Source: a virus (lineage: Duplodnaviria > Heunggongvirae > Uroviricota > Caudoviricetes). Taken from it: DNA of 25,810 nucleotides. Below, one piece after another: positions 7,251-15,512 of the stretch; the first letter of the stretch is position 1, and every line of letters starts with the position of its first letter. The DNA lies in IMG/VR virus record IMGVR_UViG_641736224_000035, one strand, 5' to 3'. A program made the position numbers and the translations under genes. The notes under the pieces were generated by a model. The model did not search any database and was not told where the DNA came from. It saw nothing but the letters and a program-made list of their open reading frames with translations.

Positions 7251-10087
7251 ATGAGTTTGCATGGAGCTGGAATGAACCACGGCCAGCCATTGATCCGGCC
7301 AGATTTACGGAGCACAGGCAGGAAACTGAAACCGACCTGCAACGCGCCATCCGTTACTACCTTGAGGCAGACAAAAAGGCTCTGGAAGAACAGGAAGCGA
7401 AGGAGGAAGCCTTTTTCGCACAATCCACCGTGGGTAAAAAACTCATGGCATCCCTTGAGGAAGCCGGACAGCGTGAAAAGCTGGCACAAAGCATCATCAG
7501 CAAGCGTCAGGCAACAGAACAAGACCCGGTGGCCCGTGCTTTTGCCACACTGAAGGTGCTTCCCGTTTATCTGCGTGAACCTCTGAGCCGCCACCTCTCT
7601 TTCCTGCGCAAAAAACAGGAAGCCGATCGCCAGAAAGGCAAAAAGAGCTGGCAGGCTGAACGCTACGCGCGCGGAACCCTGCGCAAAATATTCGAACGCC
7701 TGGACCGCACCGACCACCGCTGGCTGACACCGGGTTATCGCTCCCTTGCCGGACGCGAACGCCTGGATGATTTGCTTTACCTGCCGCAGCTCAACAAGCA
7801 CCAGATACAGACGCTGGCCACCATGACGGCGGCGATGTTCAGCAGCACCTTCGAAAAACTCTGCGATGGCTTTGGCGCGACCGATGGTGAGCTGACCATG
7901 GATGTAACGCTGAAGGCGTATCAGATGCTGGCCCGCATGGCGTTACACCTGCACGCCATGCCTCCACATTATGACGCACTGACAACAGACAAAGACCGGA
8001 GGAACGAACCGGACACGGAGCTGCTGCCGGGCGCAATCCTTCGCCTGACCTGTGCGGAATGGTGGAAACGCAAACTGTGGCTGTTACGTTGCGAGTGGCG
8101 GGAAGAACAACTCCGCGCCGCCTGTCTGGTTTCCAGAAAAACATCACCCTATCTGAGCCAGGACGCGTTAAGCGAGTTTCGCGCACAGCGCGAGAAAACA
8201 CGCGATTTCCTGAAAAGTTTCATGCTGGAAAATGAAGACGGGTTCACGATTGATCTCGAGACGGTGTATTACGCGGGAGTAAGTAACCCGGTTCACCGTA
8301 AGGCAGAAATGATGGCCACCATGAAGGGGCTGGAACTTCTGGCCGAAGCCCGTGGCGACAGAGCGGTGTTTCTGACTGTCACCTGCCCGTCAAAATACCA
8401 CGCAACAACGGAGAACGGTCATCCGAATCCCAAATGGAACGGGGCCACAATGCGCGACTCCAGCGATTACCTGGTTAACACGTTTTTTGCGGCGGTCCGC
8501 AAAAAACTGAACCGCGACGGCCTGCGCTGGTATGGCATCCGCACGGTGGAGCCTCACCATGACGGCACTGTGCACTGGCATATGATGGTCTTTGCACATC
8601 CGGACGAGATTGAAACCATCGTGTCCCACGTCTGCGATATTGCCATTCAGGAAGACCGCCACGAGCTGGGCGATGACATAACTCCGCGTTTTAAGGCGGA
8701 GTACGTCGACGGCTCAAAAGGCACGCCAACCAGCTACATCGCCACCTACATCGGAAAGAACCTGGACAGCCGCGCCGTGGATGGCATCGACCCGAAAACG
8801 GGCAAGCCACGCGTTGACCACGAAACAGGTAAATCAATGGCCGAGAGCGTGGAGCGCGCCATCGGCTGGGCGCGCCTTCACCGGGTCCGTCAGTTCCAGT
8901 TCTTTGGCATCCCCTCCCGTCAGGTGTGGCGTGAACTGCGCCGCCTTGCCAGCCAGATGGCACGCAATCCGGAAGGCCCGCAACGGCTGAAGGATGACGC
9001 AATGGACGCGGTACTCGCTGCCGCTGATGCCGGATGTTTTGCCACCTACATTGAGAAACAGGGTGGCGTACTTGTTCCACGCAAAGACTACCTGATTCGC
9101 ACCGCCTACGACCTCGCAGATGAGCTGAACGATTACGGTGAACAGAGCGTACAGATTTACGGGATCTGGTCGCCGCTCATTGGGGAGTCTTCCCGCGTAT
9201 GCACGCATCCGGATAACTGGAAGCTGGTAAGACGCAAACCGGAAGCGGAAGACAGCGCCCGCGAAAATGGTTTTGACCTTCAGGGCGGCCCTGCCGCCCC
9301 TTGGACTCGTGGCAATAACTGTCCCCGTGTACAGGAAACAGGCAACAACGGGACAGAACAGCCGGAAGAACGGCCAGCACCGTGGCCGCAGCTTCCTGAC
9401 GGCGTTGAAGTAAATGAATGGATGCGCTCACTGAAACGGCACGAACGCCGGGCGCTGATGCGTTCGCTTCGTGACAAACAGGCAAAAAACAGCAGCGATG
9501 AAATGCAGAACTGGACACAGAGCCGCAAACAGCAGCGGCCTTTGCCTGATAACCACGAGTTACTCGCTAAAGAATGGCGGGAGTCTGCTGAATCTCTCGG
9601 CCTGCATATCGGTGAACAACAGATGCAGCACCTGTTACGGGGCGGCAGTCTGTACGTTGACGGCAGCATCATTGCACCGCAGGGATTTGAAATTGTACGC
9701 AAACCGGATACCCGCCCGGACAGCCGAATCACGCAGCTCTGGCAGCGTCTGAGCCGTAATCATGGCGTAAGCAGCACGGAGATCCGCCATAACCCGGTCG
9801 CCAGCTATCTGGCACAGCTGGGGGCATCAGACCCTGAAGCCGCCGCACGCCTGGCATCCACACTTCAGCAGGACCAGAACACCATGAAAACACCCGTTAC
9901 CGTGCTTTCTGACATGCTGCGCGCCATCCGCGACGCAGAGCACGCACAGAGAATCAGTGAAACCACTGAACGCGCCAGCCGCAAAGCAGACCTGCTGCGG
10001 GGTGGCCTGACCAGTGGAAACAAAAAACAGACAGAAACGGGACTCACGAATCCCGTAAATGAGCAAAAAACGCGCAGCGATATATGA
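7247..10087 (+). CDS. A: Rolling-circle replication initiation endonuclease (P2 gpA family), about 946 aa
   Basis: Central region ...VFLTVTCPSKYH...TVHWHMMVF...TPTSYIATYIGKN... matches the gpA-type HUH/tyrosine nicking motif as remembered. Start taken at ATG 7247; the GTG at 7220 is an alternative. Confidence 0.85.
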   Translation: MNEFAWSWNEPRPAIDPARFTEHRQETETDLQRAIRYYLEADKKALEEQEAKEEAFFAQSTVGKKLMASLEEAGQREKLAQSIISKRQATEQDPVARAFATLKVLPVYLREPLSRHLSFLRKKQEADRQKGKKSWQAERYARGTLRKIFERLDRTDHRWLTPGYRSLAGRERLDDLLYLPQLNKHQIQTLATMTAAMFSSTFEKLCDGFGATDGELTMDVTLKAYQMLARMALHLHAMPPHYDALTTDKDRRNEPDTELLPGAILRLTCAEWWKRKLWLLRCEWREEQLRAACLVSRKTSPYLSQDALSEFRAQREKTRDFLKSFMLENEDGFTIDLETVYYAGVSNPVHRKAEMMATMKGLELLAEARGDRAVFLTVTCPSKYHATTENGHPNPKWNGATMRDSSDYLVNTFFAAVRKKLNRDGLRWYGIRTVEPHHDGTVHWHMMVFAHPDEIETIVSHVCDIAIQEDRHELGDDITPRFKAEYVDGSKGTPTSYIATYIGKNLDSRAVDGIDPKTGKPRVDHETGKSMAESVERAIGWARLHRVRQFQFFGIPSRQVWRELRRLASQMARNPEGPQRLKDDAMDAVLAAADAGCFATYIEKQGGVLVPRKDYLIRTAYDLADELNDYGEQSVQIYGIWSPLIGESSRVCTHPDNWKLVRRKPEAEDSARENGFDLQGGPAAPWTRGNNCPRVQETGNNGTEQPEERPAPWPQLPDGVEVNEWMRSLKRHERRALMRSLRDKQAKNSSDEMQNWTQSRKQQRPLPDNHELLAKEWRESAESLGLHIGEQQMQHLLRGGSLYVDGSIIAPQGFEIVRKPDTRPDSRITQLWQRLSRNHGVSSTEIRHNPVASYLAQLGASDPEAAARLASTLQQDQNTMKTPVTVLSDMLRAIRDAEHAQRISETTERASRKADLLRGGLTSGNKKQTETGLTNPVNEQKTRSDI

Positions 10088-10136
10088 GGCGCGCACAAAA
10101 CAGGCAAAAACGGGATTTCAGAATCCCGTAAACGAT
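10035..10136. repeat. Two 29-bp dyad-containing direct repeats (candidate parC-like centromere/operator)
   Basis: aaacgggactcacgaatcccgtaaatga (10035-10063, inside the last codons of A) and aaacgggatttcagaatcccgtaaacga (10108-10136, intergenic); each holds an inverted repeat acggga...tcccgt. They sit directly upstream of the ParM-like gene. Confidence 0.45.
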
Positions 10137-10163
10137 TAATTAATCAACATAAGGAAAACCGAC

Positions 10164-11123
10164 ATGAAAATTTACATCGACGACGGCTCCACCAACATCA
10201 AGCTGGCATGGACTGAGAACGGCGAACGCCGCAACGCCATCAGCCCGAACAGCTTCAAGTCGGAATGGTCTGCGCCGTTCGGTGGCTCGCAGCCTGCTAA
10301 CTACATGCTTGATGGCGTGCGCTATGGTTTTGATCCGGTCAGCGATCGCTTTGTCCAGACGACCGACACGCAATACCAGTACAGCGATGTGAATGTCATT
10401 GCCATTCATCACGCGCTGGTCAAATCAGACATCACGCCACAGGAAGTGGATGTGGTTGTTACCCTGCCACTGAGCGAATATTTCGACACAAACGCACAGC
10501 CGGACATGGCCAACATCAACCGCAAAAAAGCGAACGTCATGCGCCCGGTGGAGTACCAGAACGGCGAAGCATTCACTATCCGTAACGTACGGGTTATGCC
10601 TGAATCCATTCCGGCTGGCTTTAAAGCACTGGCTGACATGAGTCCGTTTGAATCCCTGCTGATTGTGGATTTGGGCGGAACCACGCTGGATGTGGCAAAG
10701 GTTCAGGGGCAACTGGCAGGTATCAGCCAGGTGTTTTGCGATCCACACGTAGGCGTTTCTCTTATGGCCGATGCCGTACTGTCGGTGATGGCCACTAACG
10801 GTATGCGCACCAGTCACCACATCGCCAATACCATTATCGAACATCGCCATAATGAAGCCTGGCTGCGCCAGCACATCCACAATGACGCGCATTACGCCAG
10901 CCTGATGGCGGTTATTCGTGAAAAGGAAGAAACACTGAAACAACGCGTGATCCGCGCGCTGGCGGTTTTTTCGGGTTACGGGCGGGTGATGGTTGTCGGT
11001 GGCGGGGCGGAGATTGTGGCACCCGCTATCCGCGAAGCCTGCGGAGTTAATGCGACTTTCATCGCGGACGGGGTGCCACAGTTTGCTCTGGTTAATGGGC
11101 TGTACGCAATGGACAAGGAGTAA
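10164..11123 (+). CDS. parM: Actin-like segregation ATPase, ParM/StbA family (319 aa)
   Basis: Recognised blocks shared with plasmid R1 ParM: MKIYIDDGSTNIKLAW, ISPNSFKSEW, YSDVNVIAIHHAL, VMPESIPAGF, SLLIVDLGGTTLDV, GYGRVMVVGGGAEIV, ALVNGLYAM. AAGGA Shine-Dalgarno before ATG 10164. Confidence 0.85.
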   Translation: MKIYIDDGSTNIKLAWTENGERRNAISPNSFKSEWSAPFGGSQPANYMLDGVRYGFDPVSDRFVQTTDTQYQYSDVNVIAIHHALVKSDITPQEVDVVVTLPLSEYFDTNAQPDMANINRKKANVMRPVEYQNGEAFTIRNVRVMPESIPAGFKALADMSPFESLLIVDLGGTTLDVAKVQGQLAGISQVFCDPHVGVSLMADAVLSVMATNGMRTSHHIANTIIEHRHNEAWLRQHIHNDAHYASLMAVIREKEETLKQRVIRALAVFSGYGRVMVVGGGAEIVAPAIREACGVNATFIADGVPQFALVNGLYAMDKE

Positions 11124-11127
11124 ACCA

Positions 11128-11439
11128 ATGACGACACCAACCAGACGGATAAGTTTCTATCTGAAGCCCGCCGCCGTCAAGAACGAAGGAGAAGCATGCG
11201 CCTGGCTGGACAGCCTTACACCAGAAGCCCGCAAAAGCGGCCAACGCGTGGCTTTTCTGGCCGGGCTGGCACTTCTGAAGACGAATCCGGCAGAGGCTTA
11301 CCGACTGGCCGCATGGGCTGATGATGAGATGTTACCTGTGACACAAATCAGCTCAAAAAAGTTTGAAGCACAGTCTGCACCAGTGGCTAAGATAACCAGC
11401 CAGATGGCTGGGAATATCCGGGCGTTATTTCCTGAGTAA
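11128..11439 (+). CDS. parR: ParR-like centromere-binding adaptor (103 aa)
   Basis: Immediately follows parM (AAGGAG Shine-Dalgarno, ATG 11128). N-terminal RISFYLKP...LDSLTPEARKSGQRVAFLAGLAL resembles the remembered ribbon-helix-helix N-terminus of R1 ParR. Start is an internal Met of track ORF 10993..11439. Confidence 0.65.
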   Translation: MTTPTRRISFYLKPAAVKNEGEACAWLDSLTPEARKSGQRVAFLAGLALLKTNPAEAYRLAAWADDEMLPVTQISSKKFEAQSAPVAKITSQMAGNIRALFPE

Positions 11440-11525
11440 AAGCATCTGCGCGAAAAATGCTCACGTTTATAGAGACAGTATCATTCCATTTGGCACACTT
11501 ACTTCAATAATCGATCTGTTAAACA

Positions 11526-11596
11526 AATAGATTGTCTATTATCTATCGATTAAAACGATCAATTATCTTGACAGTAATGTGCCTTTTTGTAAGATC
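11526..11596 (+). promoter_or_regulatory. Candidate sigma70 promoter with upstream dyad operator
   Basis: TTGACA at 11568-11573; TAAGAT at 11590-11595 (16-bp spacer) or AAGATC at 11591-11596 (17-bp spacer); upstream symmetric motifs AATAGA/TCTATT (11526-11531 / 11535-11540) and ATAGAT/ATCTAT (11527-11532 / 11541-11546), flanked by two ATCGAT sites (11510-11515, 11545-11550). Confidence 0.4.
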
Positions 11597-11645
11597 GTTC
11601 GCATTGTGAGCGACAAGATAATTGCGCGGCATTGTCCATGCAAAA

Positions 11646-11673
11646 CGCCCCAATAGCAGCAACTATTGGGGCG
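11646..11673 (+). other. Stable hairpin in the leader of the 89-aa gene
   Basis: Perfect 11-bp inverted repeat cgccccaatag / ctattggggcg with 6-nt loop cagcaa. Confidence 0.4.
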
Positions 11674-11701
11674 TAAAACTCGGTCGGACTCACTTAACCT
11701 G

Positions 11702-11787
11702 ATATGCGTGCCTTCCGAAGTAAATCAAAATGTGCGTCGTATATTTTATTGCTTACACGCACCTCTGTAAAGGCACGCATATTTTTC
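11702..11787 (+). terminator. Candidate attenuator or small-RNA terminator (long-range 13-bp inverted repeat followed by T5)
   Basis: atatgcgtgcctt (11702-11714) is the exact reverse complement of aaggcacgcatat (11770-11782), then ttttt (11783-11787); ends 16 nt before the GTG start at 11804. Confidence 0.3.
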
Positions 11788-11803
11788 CTATGAGGTAAAT
11801 AAA

Positions 11804-12073
11804 GTGCGGGCTAAAACAGGTATTTGCAAGAACCCTCATCGTTATAATCCAACATTTCTGTCTCTCCCTGAATATCAAGGACAAGAAGGTCGGCACAAAT
11901 GCGCTGCCTGTGCTTTTGAGCTAGGCATAAAAGATGCGCTTGAAGGACGCGCTATGGCTCAGAATGATTTAGTTTTAGCTAACATTCCGTTTAGCCAGGC
12001 TGGAACTGTAAGGCACAGAGATGCCTATGAAGCATATGTTCGTGGTTGGCGATTAATAAACAGCAACAATTGA
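11804..12073 (+). CDS. Hypothetical small Cys/His-containing protein (89 aa, GTG start)
   Basis: GTG 11804 with GAGG 8 nt upstream; stop TGA 12071-12073 followed by a strong terminator. Contains C8, H12, H31, C33-x2-C36 (possible zinc-binding). Family not recognised. Confidence 0.5.
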   Translation: MRAKTGICKNPHRYNPTFLSLPEYQGQEGRHKCAACAFELGIKDALEGRAMAQNDLVLANIPFSQAGTVRHRDAYEAYVRGWRLINSNN

Positions 12074-12081
12074 TACTTTTG

Positions 12082-12106
12082 AAGCGCCGATAAGGCGCTT
12101 TTTTTG
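12082..12106 (+). terminator. Rho-independent terminator
   Basis: Stem aagcgcc/ggcgctt (12082-12088 / 12094-12100, loop gataa) followed by a T-run to 12106. Confidence 0.7.
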
Positions 12107-12388
12107 TTTGCACGATAGTGCACAAGTTTGCACAATTTTTTTGAACGACTTTTTGTACTTCCGGCCCGCGTGGTGGCTGGATCCGTCAAGGATCCGTACG
12201 TGCACAAAAAAACGCGTTTTTTCTGCGCGCAAGTGACGGGGGAACAGCCCGCGTTTCAGGGGGGTAAATAGCGTTCCCTTAACGATGTCGCAGCGACACG
12301 ACAGAATGGCCGTATTTCTCACGCTGAGCGTGAAAAATACGTGAGGGATTCTGGTTTGATGGGGTGAAAGGTAAGGCCGTCAAAATCG

Positions 12389-12423
12389 CACTGAGGCGGC
12401 GAGAACATGCAGTCAGCGCAGTG
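12389..12423. other. Candidate cos (cohesive-end) region with dyad symmetry
   Basis: cactg...cagtg dyad around ggcggcgagaacatgcagt; the GGCG(A/G)G-rich core loosely resembles the remembered P2/186 cohesive end, and it lies where cos is expected (between the accessory interval and the 3' end of Q). Low confidence. Confidence 0.3.
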
Positions 12424-12509
12424 GGATTGCGTAAGAATCTGACCGTCGATGATGGCAATAAGCAGGAAAGCGTCGTGAAATTATCTGACTGATACAGGAG
12501 CTGGAGAGT

Positions 12510-12534
12510 CGGGGCATAAATTTTTTATGCCCCG
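12510..12534. other. Hairpin downstream of Q (possible bidirectional terminator)
   Basis: cggggcataaa / tttatgccccg perfect 11-bp inverted repeat with a 3-nt loop; no clean flanking U-run on either strand. Confidence 0.35.
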
Positions 12535-12560
12535 GCGAAGCAGCAGACAAGCGAAGCGCG

Positions 12561-13607
12561 TCAGGATGTGGGCTGGGTATCTAACAGTGCGTAAGGGTTA
12601 AAGCGGATCACCTCTTCGCCAAGCCAGTCATTGATGTGCTTCATGGCCTCCATGACGGGCATCAGCTCGTTAATTGCGTAAACCCGCGCGGCCTTCTCCA
12701 CATCACCAAACGCACTTTTTTCGCCCGGCATCGCCCCCATCAGTTGCGGCGGAACGCGGTGCGCAGCCAGCACATCATCACGGGATGCCGCCTTAACATT
12801 CATGAACTCATCCTTTGCGGTGATCTGCTGGAACGGCAAAATTTGCACCCCCTCTTTGCCCCCGTTGGGCGCATGAATGAGCACGTTTTTAAACGCACCA
12901 CCACCACGTGCCCCCTGTAGCGTTTCTTTCAGGGAGTCCATGCTTTCGCGGTTTACCTGCGCTGCACCGATGTAGATGATGCACCCGGCGTGGGATCCGT
13001 TGTCGTAGTACAGTTTTCTGAACATGTCCGCCGAATGAGAAAGGCTGGCCGAGAGTAATGCGCCAAGATATTCCGGCATGCCGTAGATTTCCTGGTTAAT
13101 ATCCGGATTCATCAGGTGGCACACTTTGCCAGGACGAAACTGAAACGCATCCTTGCCATCCTGCACATACCACCATGATTCAAGATCGCTTCCGCGTCGC
13201 ATGTATTTCGCCAGGGCGTGCCGTAATTTAAGCGGTTCGCCGAGCATATTGCTCCGAAGCTCAAGGAATGCGTTACCGAACACAAACCAGTCCAGCGCCA
13301 GCGCCGAGAAATCCTGCCGGGAAAGCAGCGGGTGCGGAATATAGCAGCCGAGCAATACATTGCGCTTAAAGTAAAGCGCAGACTGATGCCAGGACGTTTG
13401 CCGGGCAGCTCTTGCCAGACCGTACCAGTCCACTGGGGTTTCATACCACCGCCCGTTATCAGCACAGTACATATTGTCCAGCAGGTCATGCCCGGTCAGG
13501 CGATAAGGACCATCAAATGTGAATGCACTGAGCGATGATTCTTTCCTGAGCGCATCAGCGAGATCAATGCGTGAACTCATGCGCACTTTTTTATTTTTTC
13601 TGCTCAT
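12561..13607 (-). CDS. Q: Portal protein (P2 gpQ family)
   Basis: 348-aa ORF adjacent to and co-oriented with the large terminase, overlapping its stop by one nt; sequence recognised as Q-like. ATG 13605-13607 verified. Confidence 0.85.
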   Translation of the reverse strand: MSRKNKKVRMSSRIDLADALRKESSLSAFTFDGPYRLTGHDLLDNMYCADNGRWYETPVDWYGLARAARQTSWHQSALYFKRNVLLGCYIPHPLLSRQDFSALALDWFVFGNAFLELRSNMLGEPLKLRHALAKYMRRGSDLESWWYVQDGKDAFQFRPGKVCHLMNPDINQEIYGMPEYLGALLSASLSHSADMFRKLYYDNGSHAGCIIYIGAAQVNRESMDSLKETLQGARGGGAFKNVLIHAPNGGKEGVQILPFQQITAKDEFMNVKAASRDDVLAAHRVPPQLMGAMPGEKSAFGDVEKAARVYAINELMPVMEAMKHINDWLGEEVIRFNPYALLDTQPTS

Positions 13608-15358
13608 CAGAACTCCATAACCGTGAAACGCTCGTTTTCTCCTTCGCCGCCAATCGGTTCATTAATGACAGCAAGCATGGTTGCCCACGCAAGGTCGCCG
13701 TGGCTGATCCCCCTCGCTCGGTCCGTTTCGTAAGTGATAAAGCCGCCCGGTGTTTTCACCTTACGCACGGCGTTAAAGGCCGCGACCAGCTCGCGTTCGG
13801 CGCGATCGTATTCCCACCGCCCGGCACGCATTATTTGCAGCATTTTCAGTACCAGCGACCGTTTTGATGACAGCGTGAAGGTGTACGGAATAGCAGCAGG
13901 GAAAAACCGTTTCACTATCTGATAAACGGCATCCCCGTGCCCGCCAGTCGCATCAATGCCGATGTGTTCCACGTTGTAGCGACACGTGAACTCTTCAATG
14001 ACTCTGGCCTGTTCTTCAAACTCCAGCCCCTGAACGCGTCGCGTTTCCACCGTTCGAAAACGGCCACCAGGAACAGCCGGAGGAACCACCACGGACACAG
14101 CGCCGCTGTCGCCGTTTCCACTGCTGCCGTTTGCGTCATACCCAATCCATACCGGACGATTCCCCATCGGGCGGGGAGCAAAAGGTTTCCAGTCTTTCCA
14201 GTCGTCGTATCCATCAACACCGCAGCCAATCAGGATATTCAGGTTAAATGCCGATTCCCCTTCGCGGACAAACTCACACATATAGAGATTGCGGAACTCG
14301 TCTTCGGTGTTTTCATCACGAATTTCATCAATATCGGTGTGTTTCCAGCCGTGATTAACCACATCTTCCAGCGTGACAATTTGCCGCCACGTCCGGTCGG
14401 GGCAGATAAGCCCGTTATGCAGCGTTTTCCAGTCCACAGAAAAACGCTGGCGTTTATGCGCGGCCTTTTTCTCGTTCCAGCGGTCGCCGTTCCAATAGAC
14501 GTATGCCTCGTGCGTTTCGGTGGATGGCGTGGAGAAGTAGGTGCGTCGCAGCCCGCTGAGGGTTGCCATAGCGCCAGCCACCTTGCGCAGTTCAGCAAAG
14601 CGACTGACCCAGAAAAATTCATCAAAATAAAAATTGCCTGTGTAGGACTGTGCCGTCGCAGCAGAAGTACCGAGAAAATGCAGTTCTGCGCCGTTGGAGA
14701 GGATGATTTTATCGCCCCCTTTCAGCTCCACATCAACTTCAGCCGCGGCCTTCTGAATAATGCTTTTAAACTGGAACGCCTGACGACGCGACGCAGACAA
14801 AAAAATCTGGTTACGCTGGTAAGGTTGTGCCACATCGTCACGCAGCGCCATCAGCAGTGCTTCCTGTGCAAAATACCAGGTCGCCCCAATCTGTCGGGAT
14901 TTCAGGATCATCCTGTTACGTATCCCGGCTTCACTGCAAAGGGTCAGGGAGTCAAACCAGCCCCGCTGATGCCACTCCAGCCTGCTGATGATTTTTTCCC
15001 GCAGTGCGGCAATCTGCTCCGGCGTGAAATGATTTTTAAGTTTTTTCGCCCGGCCTTTCTTTCCTGTGGCCGTCGCATCCGGCTGGCCATCATGCAGTTT
15101 TTTAAGCTGCCGGGTCAGCAGGTCTATTTCCTTAAAGTCACCACCTGTTTTATTCTGTTTTTCAGTAAGCTGGATGAGGCGCGCATCGATGGACTGCGTG
15201 ACACGCTGCACGGGTGGCGTTTCATCCCACTGGTCGCGTTTTTTCCACGCATAAATCGTGTTCGGGTTTATTCCCATCAGACGTGATATTTCTGCGGGCG
15301 GATAACCCTGCCAGTAAAGTTGCCGCGCACGCTGGCGCACAAAAGCGTCCTGAATCAT
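13607..15358 (-). CDS. P: Terminase large (ATPase) subunit (P2 gpP family)
   Basis: 583-aa ORF, P2 P-like length and sequence as remembered; ATG 15356-15358 verified; divergent from O. Confidence 0.88.
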   Translation of the reverse strand: MIQDAFVRQRARQLYWQGYPPAEISRLMGINPNTIYAWKKRDQWDETPPVQRVTQSIDARLIQLTEKQNKTGGDFKEIDLLTRQLKKLHDGQPDATATGKKGRAKKLKNHFTPEQIAALREKIISRLEWHQRGWFDSLTLCSEAGIRNRMILKSRQIGATWYFAQEALLMALRDDVAQPYQRNQIFLSASRRQAFQFKSIIQKAAAEVDVELKGGDKIILSNGAELHFLGTSAATAQSYTGNFYFDEFFWVSRFAELRKVAGAMATLSGLRRTYFSTPSTETHEAYVYWNGDRWNEKKAAHKRQRFSVDWKTLHNGLICPDRTWRQIVTLEDVVNHGWKHTDIDEIRDENTEDEFRNLYMCEFVREGESAFNLNILIGCGVDGYDDWKDWKPFAPRPMGNRPVWIGYDANGSSGNGDSGAVSVVVPPAVPGGRFRTVETRRVQGLEFEEQARVIEEFTCRYNVEHIGIDATGGHGDAVYQIVKRFFPAAIPYTFTLSSKRSLVLKMLQIMRAGRWEYDRAERELVAAFNAVRKVKTPGGFITYETDRARGISHGDLAWATMLAVINEPIGGEGENERFTVMEF

Positions 15359-15512
15359 TGCTCCCCCTGAGTAATTACAGGAAGATTACCCGCGCGCGAA
15401 ACCGTTCTCCTTAACCCCCTGTTCTGGCCGTTTTCTTACAACAAAAGCCCTTTGTATCAGCCTGTTACGCTTTGCCATCATGACTGAAGAACCAGTCAGA
15501 GGGGCAAAAACT
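15359..15512. promoter_or_regulatory. Divergent late-promoter region between P and O
   Basis: Positional: in P2-like phages the P/Q and O-N-M-L late operons diverge from here and depend on the Ogr-type activator. Specific activator sites not confidently identified. Confidence 0.3.

Noticed and set aside
7100-7801. 233-aa minus-strand ORF
   Set aside because: Lies wholly inside the gpA replication gene on the opposite strand; shadow ORF typical of GC-rich coding sequence.
11440-11600. LexA (SOS) box upstream of the small-gene cassette, by analogy with 186 tum
   Set aside because: No CTGT-N8-ACAG-type match found; the dyads present are ATAGA/TCTAT-type, so SOS control is not supported by sequence.
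12025-12322. Minus-strand ORFs of 60 and 89 aa
   Set aside because: They span the intrinsic terminator and the repeat-rich packaging region, have basic low-complexity translations and no ribosome-binding site.
13937-15286. 449-aa plus-strand ORF
   Set aside because: Antisense to the well-supported large terminase gene; its translation is low-complexity and Arg-rich; shadow ORF.
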